64,000 nt of DNA, taken from IMG/VR virus record IMGVR_UViG_3300042511_000879, positions 62,001 to 126,000 of that record. The stretch is one strand, 5' to 3'. Made by a program: the position numbers and the translations under genes. Below are positions 49,957 to 58,269 of this stretch, one piece after another; the stretch's first letter is position 1, and each line of letters opens with the position of its first letter. The notes below the pieces were generated by a model. That model was given only the letters and a program-made list of their open reading frames with translations. It was not told where the DNA came from and searched no databases.

Positions 49957-50880
49957 TTATATTACGTCAAAAAAGAACATGTGAAAGAATCTTGCGTTCT
50001 CAATAGCATCGCCAAAATATTTACTTGGCGCATGAATTTGTTTAGAATCGAATAGAACTAAACGGTTGTATACATTACCAACCTCATCGATTTTATCAAA
50101 ATTAGTTGAATCATAAAAATTTGCTTGAGCATTCTTGCCTTTAAATGTATCTTCAAACACAGAATAGTCTTCAAAATTATCAAATCTTTTTTTACCAGTA
50201 TTTTTACCAGAATAGAAAGATGTACCTGTTTCGAATGGAGCATCTTTAGTTAAGAATACCATTCCTGCATACATCTGACTGTCAACATGAAATACGGGTA
50301 GATCGCTTGCTACACAATATTGGAATACTCCATTTGCATAACTTTCATAATTCCAGTTTATAATTTCGCGGCCAATTATCTTTTCTAATTTCTCTTTAGT
50401 GCCATCTAGAATAAACCTAGTTTGACTTCTTTTACCTTTGTGATAATCAGAGGGGTTGTATTCTAGATTATTCATTGCAAAATCTCTAATAAAGTCAGGA
50501 TCTGCATAAAAATTATCAACTACAATTAGACTTTTATTTTCATTATAGAATCCAGAATAATAAGCAATAAAATTATCAATGCTTCCTGGATTATAAATAA
50601 GTTCTCCAAATTTAACTTGAATCTTTGCGCCTTTAGAGATATTAAAAACTAATCCAACACTATCATCTTCTAAAGGATAATATTTAGAAACATCTGGACG
50701 ACTAATAACTGTTAATGGTATTTCAATATCATCGACTATCAATGAACTAACTGGTTTAAAGGAATCACCGTCTTTTACTAGAATCCAACCAGTTGCATTA
50801 TAGTTATTATCGGATACTTTGGTAATTGAATCAAAAAACCAAAAAACGTTTGGATCTTTTGTAAAAGTGTTATAAATCAT
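49957..50880 (-). CDS. 2OG-Fe(II) oxygenase-like protein with an extra N-terminal beta domain
   Basis: LIVVDNFYADPD start of the catalytic domain, HVD...H (QIHAP)...R iron/2OG motif, NRLVLFDS. Confidence 0.75.
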   Translation of the reverse strand: MIYNTFTKDPNVFWFFDSITKVSDNNYNATGWILVKDGDSFKPVSSLIVDDIEIPLTVISRPDVSKYYPLEDDSVGLVFNISKGAKIQVKFGELIYNPGSIDNFIAYYSGFYNENKSLIVVDNFYADPDFIRDFAMNNLEYNPSDYHKGKRSQTRFILDGTKEKLEKIIGREIINWNYESYANGVFQYCVASDLPVFHVDSQMYAGMVFLTKDAPFETGTSFYSGKNTGKKRFDNFEDYSVFEDTFKGKNAQANFYDSTNFDKIDEVGNVYNRLVLFDSKQIHAPSKYFGDAIENARFFHMFFFDVI

Positions 50881-50906
50881 ATGTTTGTTTTTTGTTTATT
50901 ATACAA

Positions 50907-52880
50907 TTATTTAAAAGAAAGTTTCTCATCTCCTTTTTTATATGAAATCGTGTACGTTTTATTTCCTTTAACAATTTCTTTAGCTAAAATACCATCTGCT
51001 AATAAGTCTTCAACATACGTTTGAATTGCTCTTTTAAGAGGTCTAGCTCCATATTGAGCATCATACCCACGTTCTGCTAAAAATACTATCGCCGTTTTTG
51101 CAACTTTAATAATATATTCTTGTTCAACCATTCTTTCAATTACTTTTTGAATTTCGATTTCTGCAATTTTAGCAACATCTTCTTGTTTTAATCCATCAAA
51201 CAATACTATTTCATCCAATCTATTTAAGAATTCCGGAGCAAATTTGTTTTTAAGCTCTTTTCTGATAACAGTTTCCATTTCCATTTTGTGGGTGGCCGTA
51301 GAACTTGAACTTGAGAATCCGATTCCAGCCCCAAATTCTGCAACTCTTTTTGCTCCAACATTACTTGTCATAATAATGATAGTATTCGTAAAGTCAATAG
51401 TTCTACCAAGAGTATCTGTTAAACGACCCTCATCTAAAACCTGTAACAAGATATTGAAAATATCTGGGTGGGCCTTTTCAACTTCATCAAATAATACTAC
51501 TGAATATGGTTTACGTCGGACTTGTTCTGTTAACTGTCCACCATCCTCATGTCCTTCATATCCCGGAGGAGAACCAATAAGTCTACTTACGTTAAACTTT
51601 TCTTGGTATTCTGACATGTCGATTCTGATTAAAGAATCCTCGCTTCCGAAATAATATTCAGAAAGGGCTTTAACAGTTTCAGTTTTACCAACTCCAGTAG
51701 GTCCAATAAACATAAATGAACCGATAGGTTTTTTAGATGAACTTACTCCAGTTCGGCTTCTTTTAATAACTCTACATAGACCTTCAACCGCAGTATCTTG
51801 CCCGATAATCATCGCTTTTAATTCATTTTCCATATCAATAACAATTCTGCTCTCGTCATCGGTCATTCTTGTTACCGGAATTCCAGTAGATTCAGAAATT
51901 ACTTCAGCAATATCTTCATAAGTTACTGCCTTCTTATTTAGTCTAAGCGTCTCCTCCCATTCTTTGGTTCTTTTTGTTATCTCTTCTCGCTTACTAATTT
52001 CAAGGTCTCTTAAATTTCCGGCTTTTTCATAATTAGTAGCATCTGCTGCTTTTAACTTTGCGGCTTTTAATTTATCAGCTTCAATTTCAAGTTCTTTAAT
52101 AATTTCTGGAATTTTTACCTCTTTTAAATGTACTTTTGCTCCAGCCTCGTCCATAACATCAATTGCTTTGTCCGGTAATTCTCTTTGAGTAATATATCGG
52201 TCAGATAATACTACACAGGCTTTAATAGCGTCAGGAGTATATGATACTGAATGGAAGTCTTCGTAATTTGGTTTAATTCTGTCTAGAATTTCGATTGCAT
52301 CTTCAAGGGATGGTGGGTCTATAAAGATTTCTTGGAATCTTCTGGTAAGAGCTCCATCGGTTTCAATATTTTCACGATACTCATCGATTGTCGTAGCACC
52401 AATACATTGTACTTGTCCTCTTGCCAATGCCGGTTTTAAGATATTACTAGCATCTAATGAACCACTTACACCACCAGCGCCTACAATTGTGTGAATCTCA
52501 TCAATAAAGACAATAACATCTGGGTTCTCTTTAAGTTCATCAACAATGTTTTTCATTCGTTCCTCAAATTCTCCACGGTATTTTGTACCTGCAACTACGT
52601 TTGCAATATTAAGAGCAATTATACGTTTATTAAGAAGAGTCATTGCAACTTTCTTTTCAACAATACGTTGCGCAATTGCTTCAACTAGTGCAGTTTTACC
52701 AACCCCAGGATCCCCTAAAATAATTGGATTGTTTTTCTTTCTACGAGAAAGGATTTGACATATTCTATGGACCTCTTTTTCTCTTCCGATGATAGGGTCA
52801 AGTTTCCCATCTGCCGCTAGTTTAGTTAAGTCCTCTCCGAATTGGTCAATGAATGGAGTATTTGTTTTCTTACTGGTCAT
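50907..52880 (-). CDS. clpC: ClpC-type Hsp100 ATPase lacking the Clp N-terminal repeat domain
   Basis: Two AAA+ modules (GDPGVGKT and GPTGVGKT), UVR middle domain (NYEKAGNLRD), IGF loop (GAGIGFS); sequence begins directly at the D1 pre-helix. Confidence 0.92.
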   Translation of the reverse strand: MTSKKTNTPFIDQFGEDLTKLAADGKLDPIIGREKEVHRICQILSRRKKNNPIILGDPGVGKTALVEAIAQRIVEKKVAMTLLNKRIIALNIANVVAGTKYRGEFEERMKNIVDELKENPDVIVFIDEIHTIVGAGGVSGSLDASNILKPALARGQVQCIGATTIDEYRENIETDGALTRRFQEIFIDPPSLEDAIEILDRIKPNYEDFHSVSYTPDAIKACVVLSDRYITQRELPDKAIDVMDEAGAKVHLKEVKIPEIIKELEIEADKLKAAKLKAADATNYEKAGNLRDLEISKREEITKRTKEWEETLRLNKKAVTYEDIAEVISESTGIPVTRMTDDESRIVIDMENELKAMIIGQDTAVEGLCRVIKRSRTGVSSSKKPIGSFMFIGPTGVGKTETVKALSEYYFGSEDSLIRIDMSEYQEKFNVSRLIGSPPGYEGHEDGGQLTEQVRRKPYSVVLFDEVEKAHPDIFNILLQVLDEGRLTDTLGRTIDFTNTIIIMTSNVGAKRVAEFGAGIGFSSSSSTATHKMEMETVIRKELKNKFAPEFLNRLDEIVLFDGLKQEDVAKIAEIEIQKVIERMVEQEYIIKVAKTAIVFLAERGYDAQYGARPLKRAIQTYVEDLLADGILAKEIVKGNKTYTISYKKGDEKLSFK

Positions 52881-52931
52881 ATTGTGTATATTAATTTATT
52901 ATGGTAGTATTATAATATGTGCGGATCCCTG

Positions 52932-53144
52932 TTATGAATGGGTACCTTTTAAATTGTTAACCGAACGTTGAACACATTCAGGACATAGAGATGCAGTGGC
53001 TTCGGCTCCTACAACAGTCCAGTTCTCGCATGGTCCATCTTCAGGCCCATATTCTGCCCATTTACTCTTTTCCGGTTCTGAATTCTGACAAATCATCGAT
53101 ACGACCTTACGGCCTTTAACTTCAGTTTCTTTAGTTTTCCACAT
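52932..53144 (-). CDS. Small putative zinc-binding protein
   Basis: C...C...CPEC pattern; class-2 promoter at 53162-53188. Confidence 0.6.
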   Translation of the reverse strand: MWKTKETEVKGRKVVSMICQNSEPEKSKWAEYGPEDGPCENWTVVGAEATASLCPECVQRSVNNLKGTHS

Positions 53145-53189
53145 AGTATATTTATTTTAGATTTATATTGAGTTATTCCAATTTGTTTC

Positions 53190-54590
53190 AGGGTAAACTT
53201 AAAGAACCTTTGAGTTAAGTGAAAAATTTTTATTCTGTAATTCAGACCGGGTGCACCCTCCTATTGCGTGGGAAAATTTGGGTTTCAATCATCAAAAAAA
53301 TGAAATAATCTACCAGAACGATTGAACCGTTGAGGCCGTTTGAAATACATAAAGTCACATTGAGGGACTATTGGGCGGCCCTCCCCTAGCCCTATTAATA
53401 CCTATTGGCACATCGGTCGTCACAGTATACTGAGCACTCTATTGGAGGTATCAGAATGGGTGTGTCCTTCCTGTAGATACTCTATATAATAACGGATGTA
53501 CACTATAGGGGTTTTTAAATATCGTATACTATTAGATAGAATAGTTCTCTTTTTAATTAGAATCCCTACAGCACGCCCCCACCCCGCCCCTTTGGGACTC
53601 TATGGGATAGAGGTCAATTTTATTTTTTTCTATAGGATTTTTTTGAGAGCTTAGAGACTTGGAGTACCTCAGAGAGGTGAGAGAGCGGTGAGTCACCCTA
53701 CCTTTCACCTTTGAGACTTGGATACTTCTTATATCCTCATAGGACCTATTAGTTTCAACGGGTTACTCTTTATTTCACAGTACACTTCGTGCCTGACACA
53801 GTACCCTCAGGTCAATCTGAGCCAACCATCGGTAATTGGTAACGGTCTTATTGGTTAATTATAGGTTCTTTATGTTTCTAGTAACGGTGATATCCATTCT
53901 ATCGGTCTCAATTGGTCTTTGGTCACCTTCCGGACCTGGGTAATTTTTTGGGTAGGGCAACATTGAAGTACTCTGAGGGTGGGATGGACCATTGGCTACC
54001 ATCGGAGGACCATCAGAGGACCATTGACGCTGGGAGGGTCTCTCAACATTGAGGTATTGATATTCCCGGACGGGGATAATTCGTCCACTTCTATGAAACA
54101 CATTTATCAAAGGTCTATATTAGTTAGGAAGTCTAGAGCTTTGATCCTACAGTCCTTTGAGAACCTCTAGACCTGGCTTTTATAAGGATCCACCCTGGGT
54201 GCTGACCGCTCCGTAGACCTGCCCAACCGGTATTGAGGGTCAATGCACACGTGCCCTAGAGTCCAGTGGTGACTGGAAGAGTCCTGCTCTACCCTAGTTA
54301 CCCTGTGTCTGTAGTGAACTATTAGTATTATTGTCATTCTTGTGCAGAGCACACCTGCATTGTGCAGGCATTGACCTGCATTGCCTATTGCAACAGTTGA
54401 TCAGTGCACTACAGGTAGATAGGTCTATTGCCCTTACAACAATATTGAGCCTATTGAGCATATTGAACCTTTGAGGACATTGAGTAATCATTGAATTGCA
54501 TTGATTATTGCTACAGGGCATTGAGCCGGGCATTGCTACAGGACATTGATCCTGGACATTGCGCCGGGCATTGATCTGGGGACATTGATC
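53190..54590. other. Non-coding, GC-richer, repeat- and hairpin-rich island (left)
   Basis: About 1.4 kb without a credible gene in an otherwise fully packed genome; many (C/T)ATTG and GGACCAT motifs, hairpins and C runs. Confidence 0.7.
54350..54590 (+). repeat. Degenerate short-period (C/T)ATTG array
   Basis: About 19 ATTG copies between 54359 and 54587, mostly spaced 9-14 nt; the later copies read GG(A/G)CATTG. Confidence 0.85.
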
Positions 54591-54593
54591 CTC

Positions 54594-55298
54594 CTATTTG
54601 AATCTGGGAGTATTGATCCTGGGAGAGTTGAAACGGAGATTAGGCGCGGAGATACTCTTCTGTTTATAAGCTGGGCCTAGGTCCCTTTCTGGTGCCTTAT
54701 AAGGGGACATTGTATTTGTCTTGTCAAAACTTGTTATAGGGAATGGGGCTGGTTCCGATACCTTATTATTAGATGGGTCATATTGTTTTTGGCTAGTACG
54801 TTTTATAGGTGCACTATCTGGTTGTTTATTAACATTTGCGTTAGGGTCTCCATTATCGTGCCCGAAGTCACTATCTATAGAACCTCTATCTCCACCTGTA
54901 TTGTTTGCTATCATATTACCCATTTGTGCATCTATAAGAGATTCTTTAAACCCCTTAGAACGAGGTTGAGGTGTTTGAGCTATATCGGTTTCCTTAGTTG
55001 GTGTTTGGGCCTGATCGCTTGACGATAGTGTTTGTTTATCGTATTGGACATTTTGATTGGCTGGATTATTTTGCTTTCGGGCAGTATCTGAGGTTGCCTT
55101 ATTACCCTGTTGGGTTTGAGCATTAACATCACTTCCAGCCTTATTTATACCCGTTGCATCTATAGGAGATATTGAACTGTCTCCTGGGGATGGATTTAAA
55201 CTACTAGGAACTGATGAGGTATCTGTCTTATTAGAGGTTTGAGTCTTAGCAGCATTTACCCTATCGCTTATACTAATTTGAGTTAGACCTATCTTCAT
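54594..55298 (-). CDS. Low-complexity, probably disordered S/T/Q/P/D-rich protein
   Basis: 705-nt open frame with few hydrophobic residues. Confidence 0.6.
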   Translation of the reverse strand: MKIGLTQISISDRVNAAKTQTSNKTDTSSVPSSLNPSPGDSSISPIDATGINKAGSDVNAQTQQGNKATSDTARKQNNPANQNVQYDKQTLSSSDQAQTPTKETDIAQTPQPRSKGFKESLIDAQMGNMIANNTGGDRGSIDSDFGHDNGDPNANVNKQPDSAPIKRTSQKQYDPSNNKVSEPAPFPITSFDKTNTMSPYKAPERDLGPAYKQKSISAPNLRFNSPRINTPRFK

Positions 55299-55413
55299 AT
55301 AGTTTTTCTAGTTCCATTTGGAGCTTTCTGATTTTTAGGAAGTTATTTGGATCCGTCATTTTAGTTTCCAATATCTCCTTGTTAAGTTGAGCAATACGTA
55401 ATCTGTTTTCCAT
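55273..55413 (-). CDS. 46-aa hypothetical protein (below the ORF-track cut-off)
   Basis: Hand translation MENRLRIAQLNKEILETKMTDPNNFLKIRKLQMELEKLYEDRSNSN*; AATATATA motif at 55439-55446. Confidence 0.5.
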   Translation of the reverse strand: MENRLRIAQLNKEILETKMTDPNNFLKIRKLQMELEKLYEDRSNSN

Positions 55414-55444
55414 GATGATATGTGTTTAGGTTATACTCTATATA

Positions 55445-55876
55445 TTATGCTTCCATTGGAACTTGGTAAGGAACGTATGCTCTATCAGCCCAAGTTTTAG
55501 CTCCTACTGCGCTATATTGTGCTTGGTTATAAAGGTTTGTATTTCTATATAGTTGATTAATCGTACCTACTGTTAGGTTACCCATTATTAACTCATCCAT
55601 TAAGACTATTTTGTTCCCTTTACGGGCGAATAATGTTAGGTAATAATCTCCACCATCTGGGCAGAATTCAACTGTTTGTAAGGCACTTTTATTATAACCT
55701 GTGATGATTGATTCTGGGTAGGTCATGAAATATTCGTTTTCATAGTCTTTAGCATCTACTATGGTCATCCAACCCGCTTTACATTTTGTTATGAAACGGA
55801 ATTTACCTTTTGTGTTTGGAAAGGCTCCTAATACGTTTACTGTTCGTACGTCTGTTGTGTTTACTAAATTTGTCAT
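55445..55876 (-). CDS. Hypothetical protein under a class-1 promoter
   Basis: ORF track; promoter at 55901-55931. Confidence 0.7.
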   Translation of the reverse strand: MTNLVNTTDVRTVNVLGAFPNTKGKFRFITKCKAGWMTIVDAKDYENEYFMTYPESIITGYNKSALQTVEFCPDGGDYYLTLFARKGNKIVLMDELIMGNLTVGTINQLYRNTNLYNQAQYSAVGAKTWADRAYVPYQVPMEA

Positions 55877-55887
55877 AATGGTGTGTT

Positions 55888-56032
55888 TTAATTAGATATG
55901 TAAATATAATCATTATTTGTGATTCCGGAAACTGTTTGCGCAAGTATTTTCAGAAAGTTATTAACAATTGTTGTTCATAAGTTTTTTGAGAAACTGTTTC
56001 GGGATTCATATAAATTGATTATATTTACATAT
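55888..56032. promoter_or_regulatory. Divergent pair of class-1 promoters
   Basis: Minus: TTTC(55931-55928)-N19-TATATTTA(55908-55901). Plus: TTTC(55997-56000)-N19-TATATTTA(56020-56027). Confidence 0.85.
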
Positions 56033-56039
56033 GAAAAAT

Positions 56040-56165
56040 AGCAAAATGACATAACGGGTTCGTATAGCACAAAGAATCGAGAGATTCGACACGGGCGGTC
56101 CTTTAAACCAGGGGAGGAAGAGTAGACTCCAGCTCGTCTTCTATTTAGAGGTCTGAAACGCCACT
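56040..56165 (+). ncRNA. Candidate small structured RNA
   Basis: Lies directly downstream of a class-1 promoter, has no usable ORF (ATG...TAA after 7 codons), is GC-richer, and contains a GAATC-GAGA-GATTC GNRA hairpin plus nested stems. Confidence 0.45.
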
Positions 56166-56167
56166 AG

Positions 56168-56245
56168 AAACTTTAACAAAAAATTAACATAAAATAGTTT
56201 CGGTTCTTGAAACTATTGATTATATTTACATATCTAATTAAAACA
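56168..56245 (+). promoter_or_regulatory. Class-1 promoter
   Basis: TTAACA repeats, TTTC(56198-56201)-N19-TATATTTA(56221-56228)CATATCTAATT. Confidence 0.85.
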
Positions 56246-56252
56246 AAGAACT

Positions 56253-56447
56253 ATGAAAATCACCATCAACATCCTTCCAGCCTTAGGTTCCCTAATCGCG
56301 TTCGGGCTTACGTATTCCTTATTAACTGGAACTCTTCAAAAATTCATACCATTCCATGGTACCCTTAATGAAATGACAACTACAATATGTCTATTTTGGA
56401 TAGGTACTCTTTTATTGTTCTGCTCATTCGAAAAATTTAACAAATAA
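56253..56447 (+). CDS. Small membrane protein (two hydrophobic helices)
   Basis: ORF track; follows a class-1 promoter. Confidence 0.6.
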   Translation: MKITINILPALGSLIAFGLTYSLLTGTLQKFIPFHGTLNEMTTTICLFWIGTLLLFCSFEKFNK

Positions 56448-56496
56448 TACTGAAACAAAACCAATTTTTAATATATAAATCTAAAATCTTATAACT

Positions 56497-57633
56497 ATGG
56501 CAATTGCAACTCTTTCTAACACCTTAATTGAACAACGTAAAGTAGCTACATTGGAGGCTCAAAACCTTCGTAAAGTAGTACCATTCCGCGATATCAATTT
56601 AATAGATGGTGAATCTATCGAATATAATGGTCAAAAAATTAACCTTACACCTACTGCATTCAAAAATCTTTTAGGTCTATTAGGTATGAGTAACCAATTT
56701 GCTCAGAAATTCGAATCTCTCTTTACTAAAGAGGCTAAATCTCAGTTTATCAACACTATGAAAAATGCAATGGCATCTAATAGTGGTAAACTTTCTGAAG
56801 TAACCCTTGTACTTAACCCTATTAGTAAATCGGTAGTGGCTATCACCAAGAAAGATCAATTTGGTATATCTAACCAACAATTCATGGGAGTTGCTGAGAA
56901 TATCATAGATAACCACGGTATGAACGTAACAAACTGGTCAGTAGACCCAGGAACTGGTATTGTAACTATTAATGCATTTAATCCTAAAGCGAATTTCGCA
57001 GTTCAAGGTTTATCTGATGAGGTATTTACTGGAGGTGTTACTTTCAAAAATTCACCTAAAGATGGTTTCCAAGTTCTTCCTTATGTTAATCGTCAGTTTT
57101 GTACTAATGGTTTAACTACTGCGTTTGCTGAGGAGTCTTATACTCTTCAATCTTTGGACCAAGGTTCTATGGAAAAGTTCTTTGAAAATATGAACGAATT
57201 ACGTAAGAATAACTTTGCTCCTACTGGTTTTGCTGACCGTGTAAGAATGGCTCATAACACTCCTGCTTCCCTAAGCGAATTACAGTTTGCACATAACCTT
57301 ATTGAACCATATGCTGGAGAACGTTCTAACACTTGGATTCCTTATGCTGAAAACATGAATGCATTCTATAATGCTGGTTTTGATAACATATCTGGTCAAC
57401 AGATGAAACATGCTAAATCAAATACTTCTGTATGGGATGTTATCAATGGTGTTACTCACTTTGCAACCCATGGTGCTGGTATTATCGATACAGACATGCA
57501 AGACTATAATGCATCTGAATTAATGGTAAAATCTGGTAACCTATTCGGTAAAAAAGCTTTTGACCACGAAAATACTATGCCAGACCTTTTTAGAGGTAGA
57601 GACTTAGTACGTAGTGGTTCATTATTAAACTAA
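56497..57633 (+). CDS. DUF932-like phage/plasmid protein
   Basis: FKNSPKDG...RQFCTNGL and TSVWDVINGVTHFATH match the DUF932 NSxDG...RxxCxNG and WxxxNxxT motifs. Confidence 0.65.
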   Translation: MAIATLSNTLIEQRKVATLEAQNLRKVVPFRDINLIDGESIEYNGQKINLTPTAFKNLLGLLGMSNQFAQKFESLFTKEAKSQFINTMKNAMASNSGKLSEVTLVLNPISKSVVAITKKDQFGISNQQFMGVAENIIDNHGMNVTNWSVDPGTGIVTINAFNPKANFAVQGLSDEVFTGGVTFKNSPKDGFQVLPYVNRQFCTNGLTTAFAEESYTLQSLDQGSMEKFFENMNELRKNNFAPTGFADRVRMAHNTPASLSELQFAHNLIEPYAGERSNTWIPYAENMNAFYNAGFDNISGQQMKHAKSNTSVWDVINGVTHFATHGAGIIDTDMQDYNASELMVKSGNLFGKKAFDHENTMPDLFRGRDLVRSGSLLN

Positions 57634-57660
57634 TATTTGGTAGTCTGCATATCGGAATTA

Positions 57661-57691
57661 AAGGGACCATTCTCACATAGGTCCCTTTTTT
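57661..57691 (+). terminator. Intrinsic terminator
   Basis: AAGGGACC...GGTCCCTT stem followed by a T run, after the DUF932-like gene. Confidence 0.8.
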
Positions 57692-57699
57692 ATGTGAAA

Positions 57700-57780
57700 T
57701 TGTTAATAACTTTTTGAAAATAATTTGAAAAACTGTTTCCAGTGTCGTGGATATTGATTATATTTACATATCTAATTTTA
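57700..57780 (+). promoter_or_regulatory. Class-1 promoter
   Basis: AATTGTTAATAAC box, TTTC(57736-57739)-N19-TATATTTA(57759-57766). Confidence 0.85.
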
Positions 57781-57793
57781 ACAAAGAAACACC

Positions 57794-58267
57794 ATGATGA
57801 CTCAAGCACAAATCACCGAACAAAACGAAATCGAATCTAAATTGGCTCATAACTACGAGTTGACTCACAGAGAGAATATGATTTTACTATATTCTGATTT
57901 TCATAAGGATGCCTACGGTTTCCGTCCTCGTACTATTAATGTATATGCCTTAACCACTGAGGAACTGGAGGCTGATTTTGACCGTTTCGAAGCGACATGT
58001 AAGATTAATAGACACGAAGAGGAAATGGCCGAAATGGAGGCTGATATCGCGTTCCGTGCCCTTATAACTAATACAATCGCTATAGGTGCAAACGATGAGG
58101 TTACTGCATTACGTTGGATCGCTGAAGGTGCTGTAGAAGATTATGGTTATGACTATGAGCATTTCCTTTGGAACCAAGGTATAGCATACTCTGCCTACGG
58201 TAAGGAGTTGGCTAAGAGATTTGCTCCTATCTGGGGTAAAGCTCTTCAAACCCAGAAAGTTGCATAA
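57794..58267 (+). CDS. Hypothetical phage protein
   Basis: YSDFHKDAYGFRPR motif; has its own class-1 promoter. Confidence 0.7.
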   Translation: MMTQAQITEQNEIESKLAHNYELTHRENMILLYSDFHKDAYGFRPRTINVYALTTEELEADFDRFEATCKINRHEEEMAEMEADIAFRALITNTIAIGANDEVTALRWIAEGAVEDYGYDYEHFLWNQGIAYSAYGKELAKRFAPIWGKALQTQKVA

Positions 58268-58269
58268 AC

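Noticed and set aside
2655-52971. Many short plus-strand and alternate-frame ORFs in the track (for example 2655..2891, 4035..4226, 5708..6142, 12039..12374, 32277..32891, 48225..48563, 51244..51654)
   Set aside because: They lie inside or antisense to long, motif-bearing minus-strand genes and have no recognisable motifs or promoters; they are shadow ORFs.
53859-54533. ORFs 53859..54110, 53979..54170, 54167..54352 and 54294..54533
   Set aside because: They overlap on both strands, their composition (Cys/Met/Gln runs) follows the CATTG repeats, and none has any of the three promoter motifs.
54350-54590. Possible CRISPR mini-array
   Set aside because: The repeat unit is only about 5-8 nt with 9-14 nt periodicity; there are no 23-50-nt repeats or unique spacers.
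56050-56165. tRNA or tmRNA (GGTTCG, GATTCGAC and a terminal CCA are present)
   Set aside because: No 7-bp acceptor stem, T-arm stem or cloverleaf can be assembled, and there is no tag ORF; hammerhead CUGANGA core also not found.
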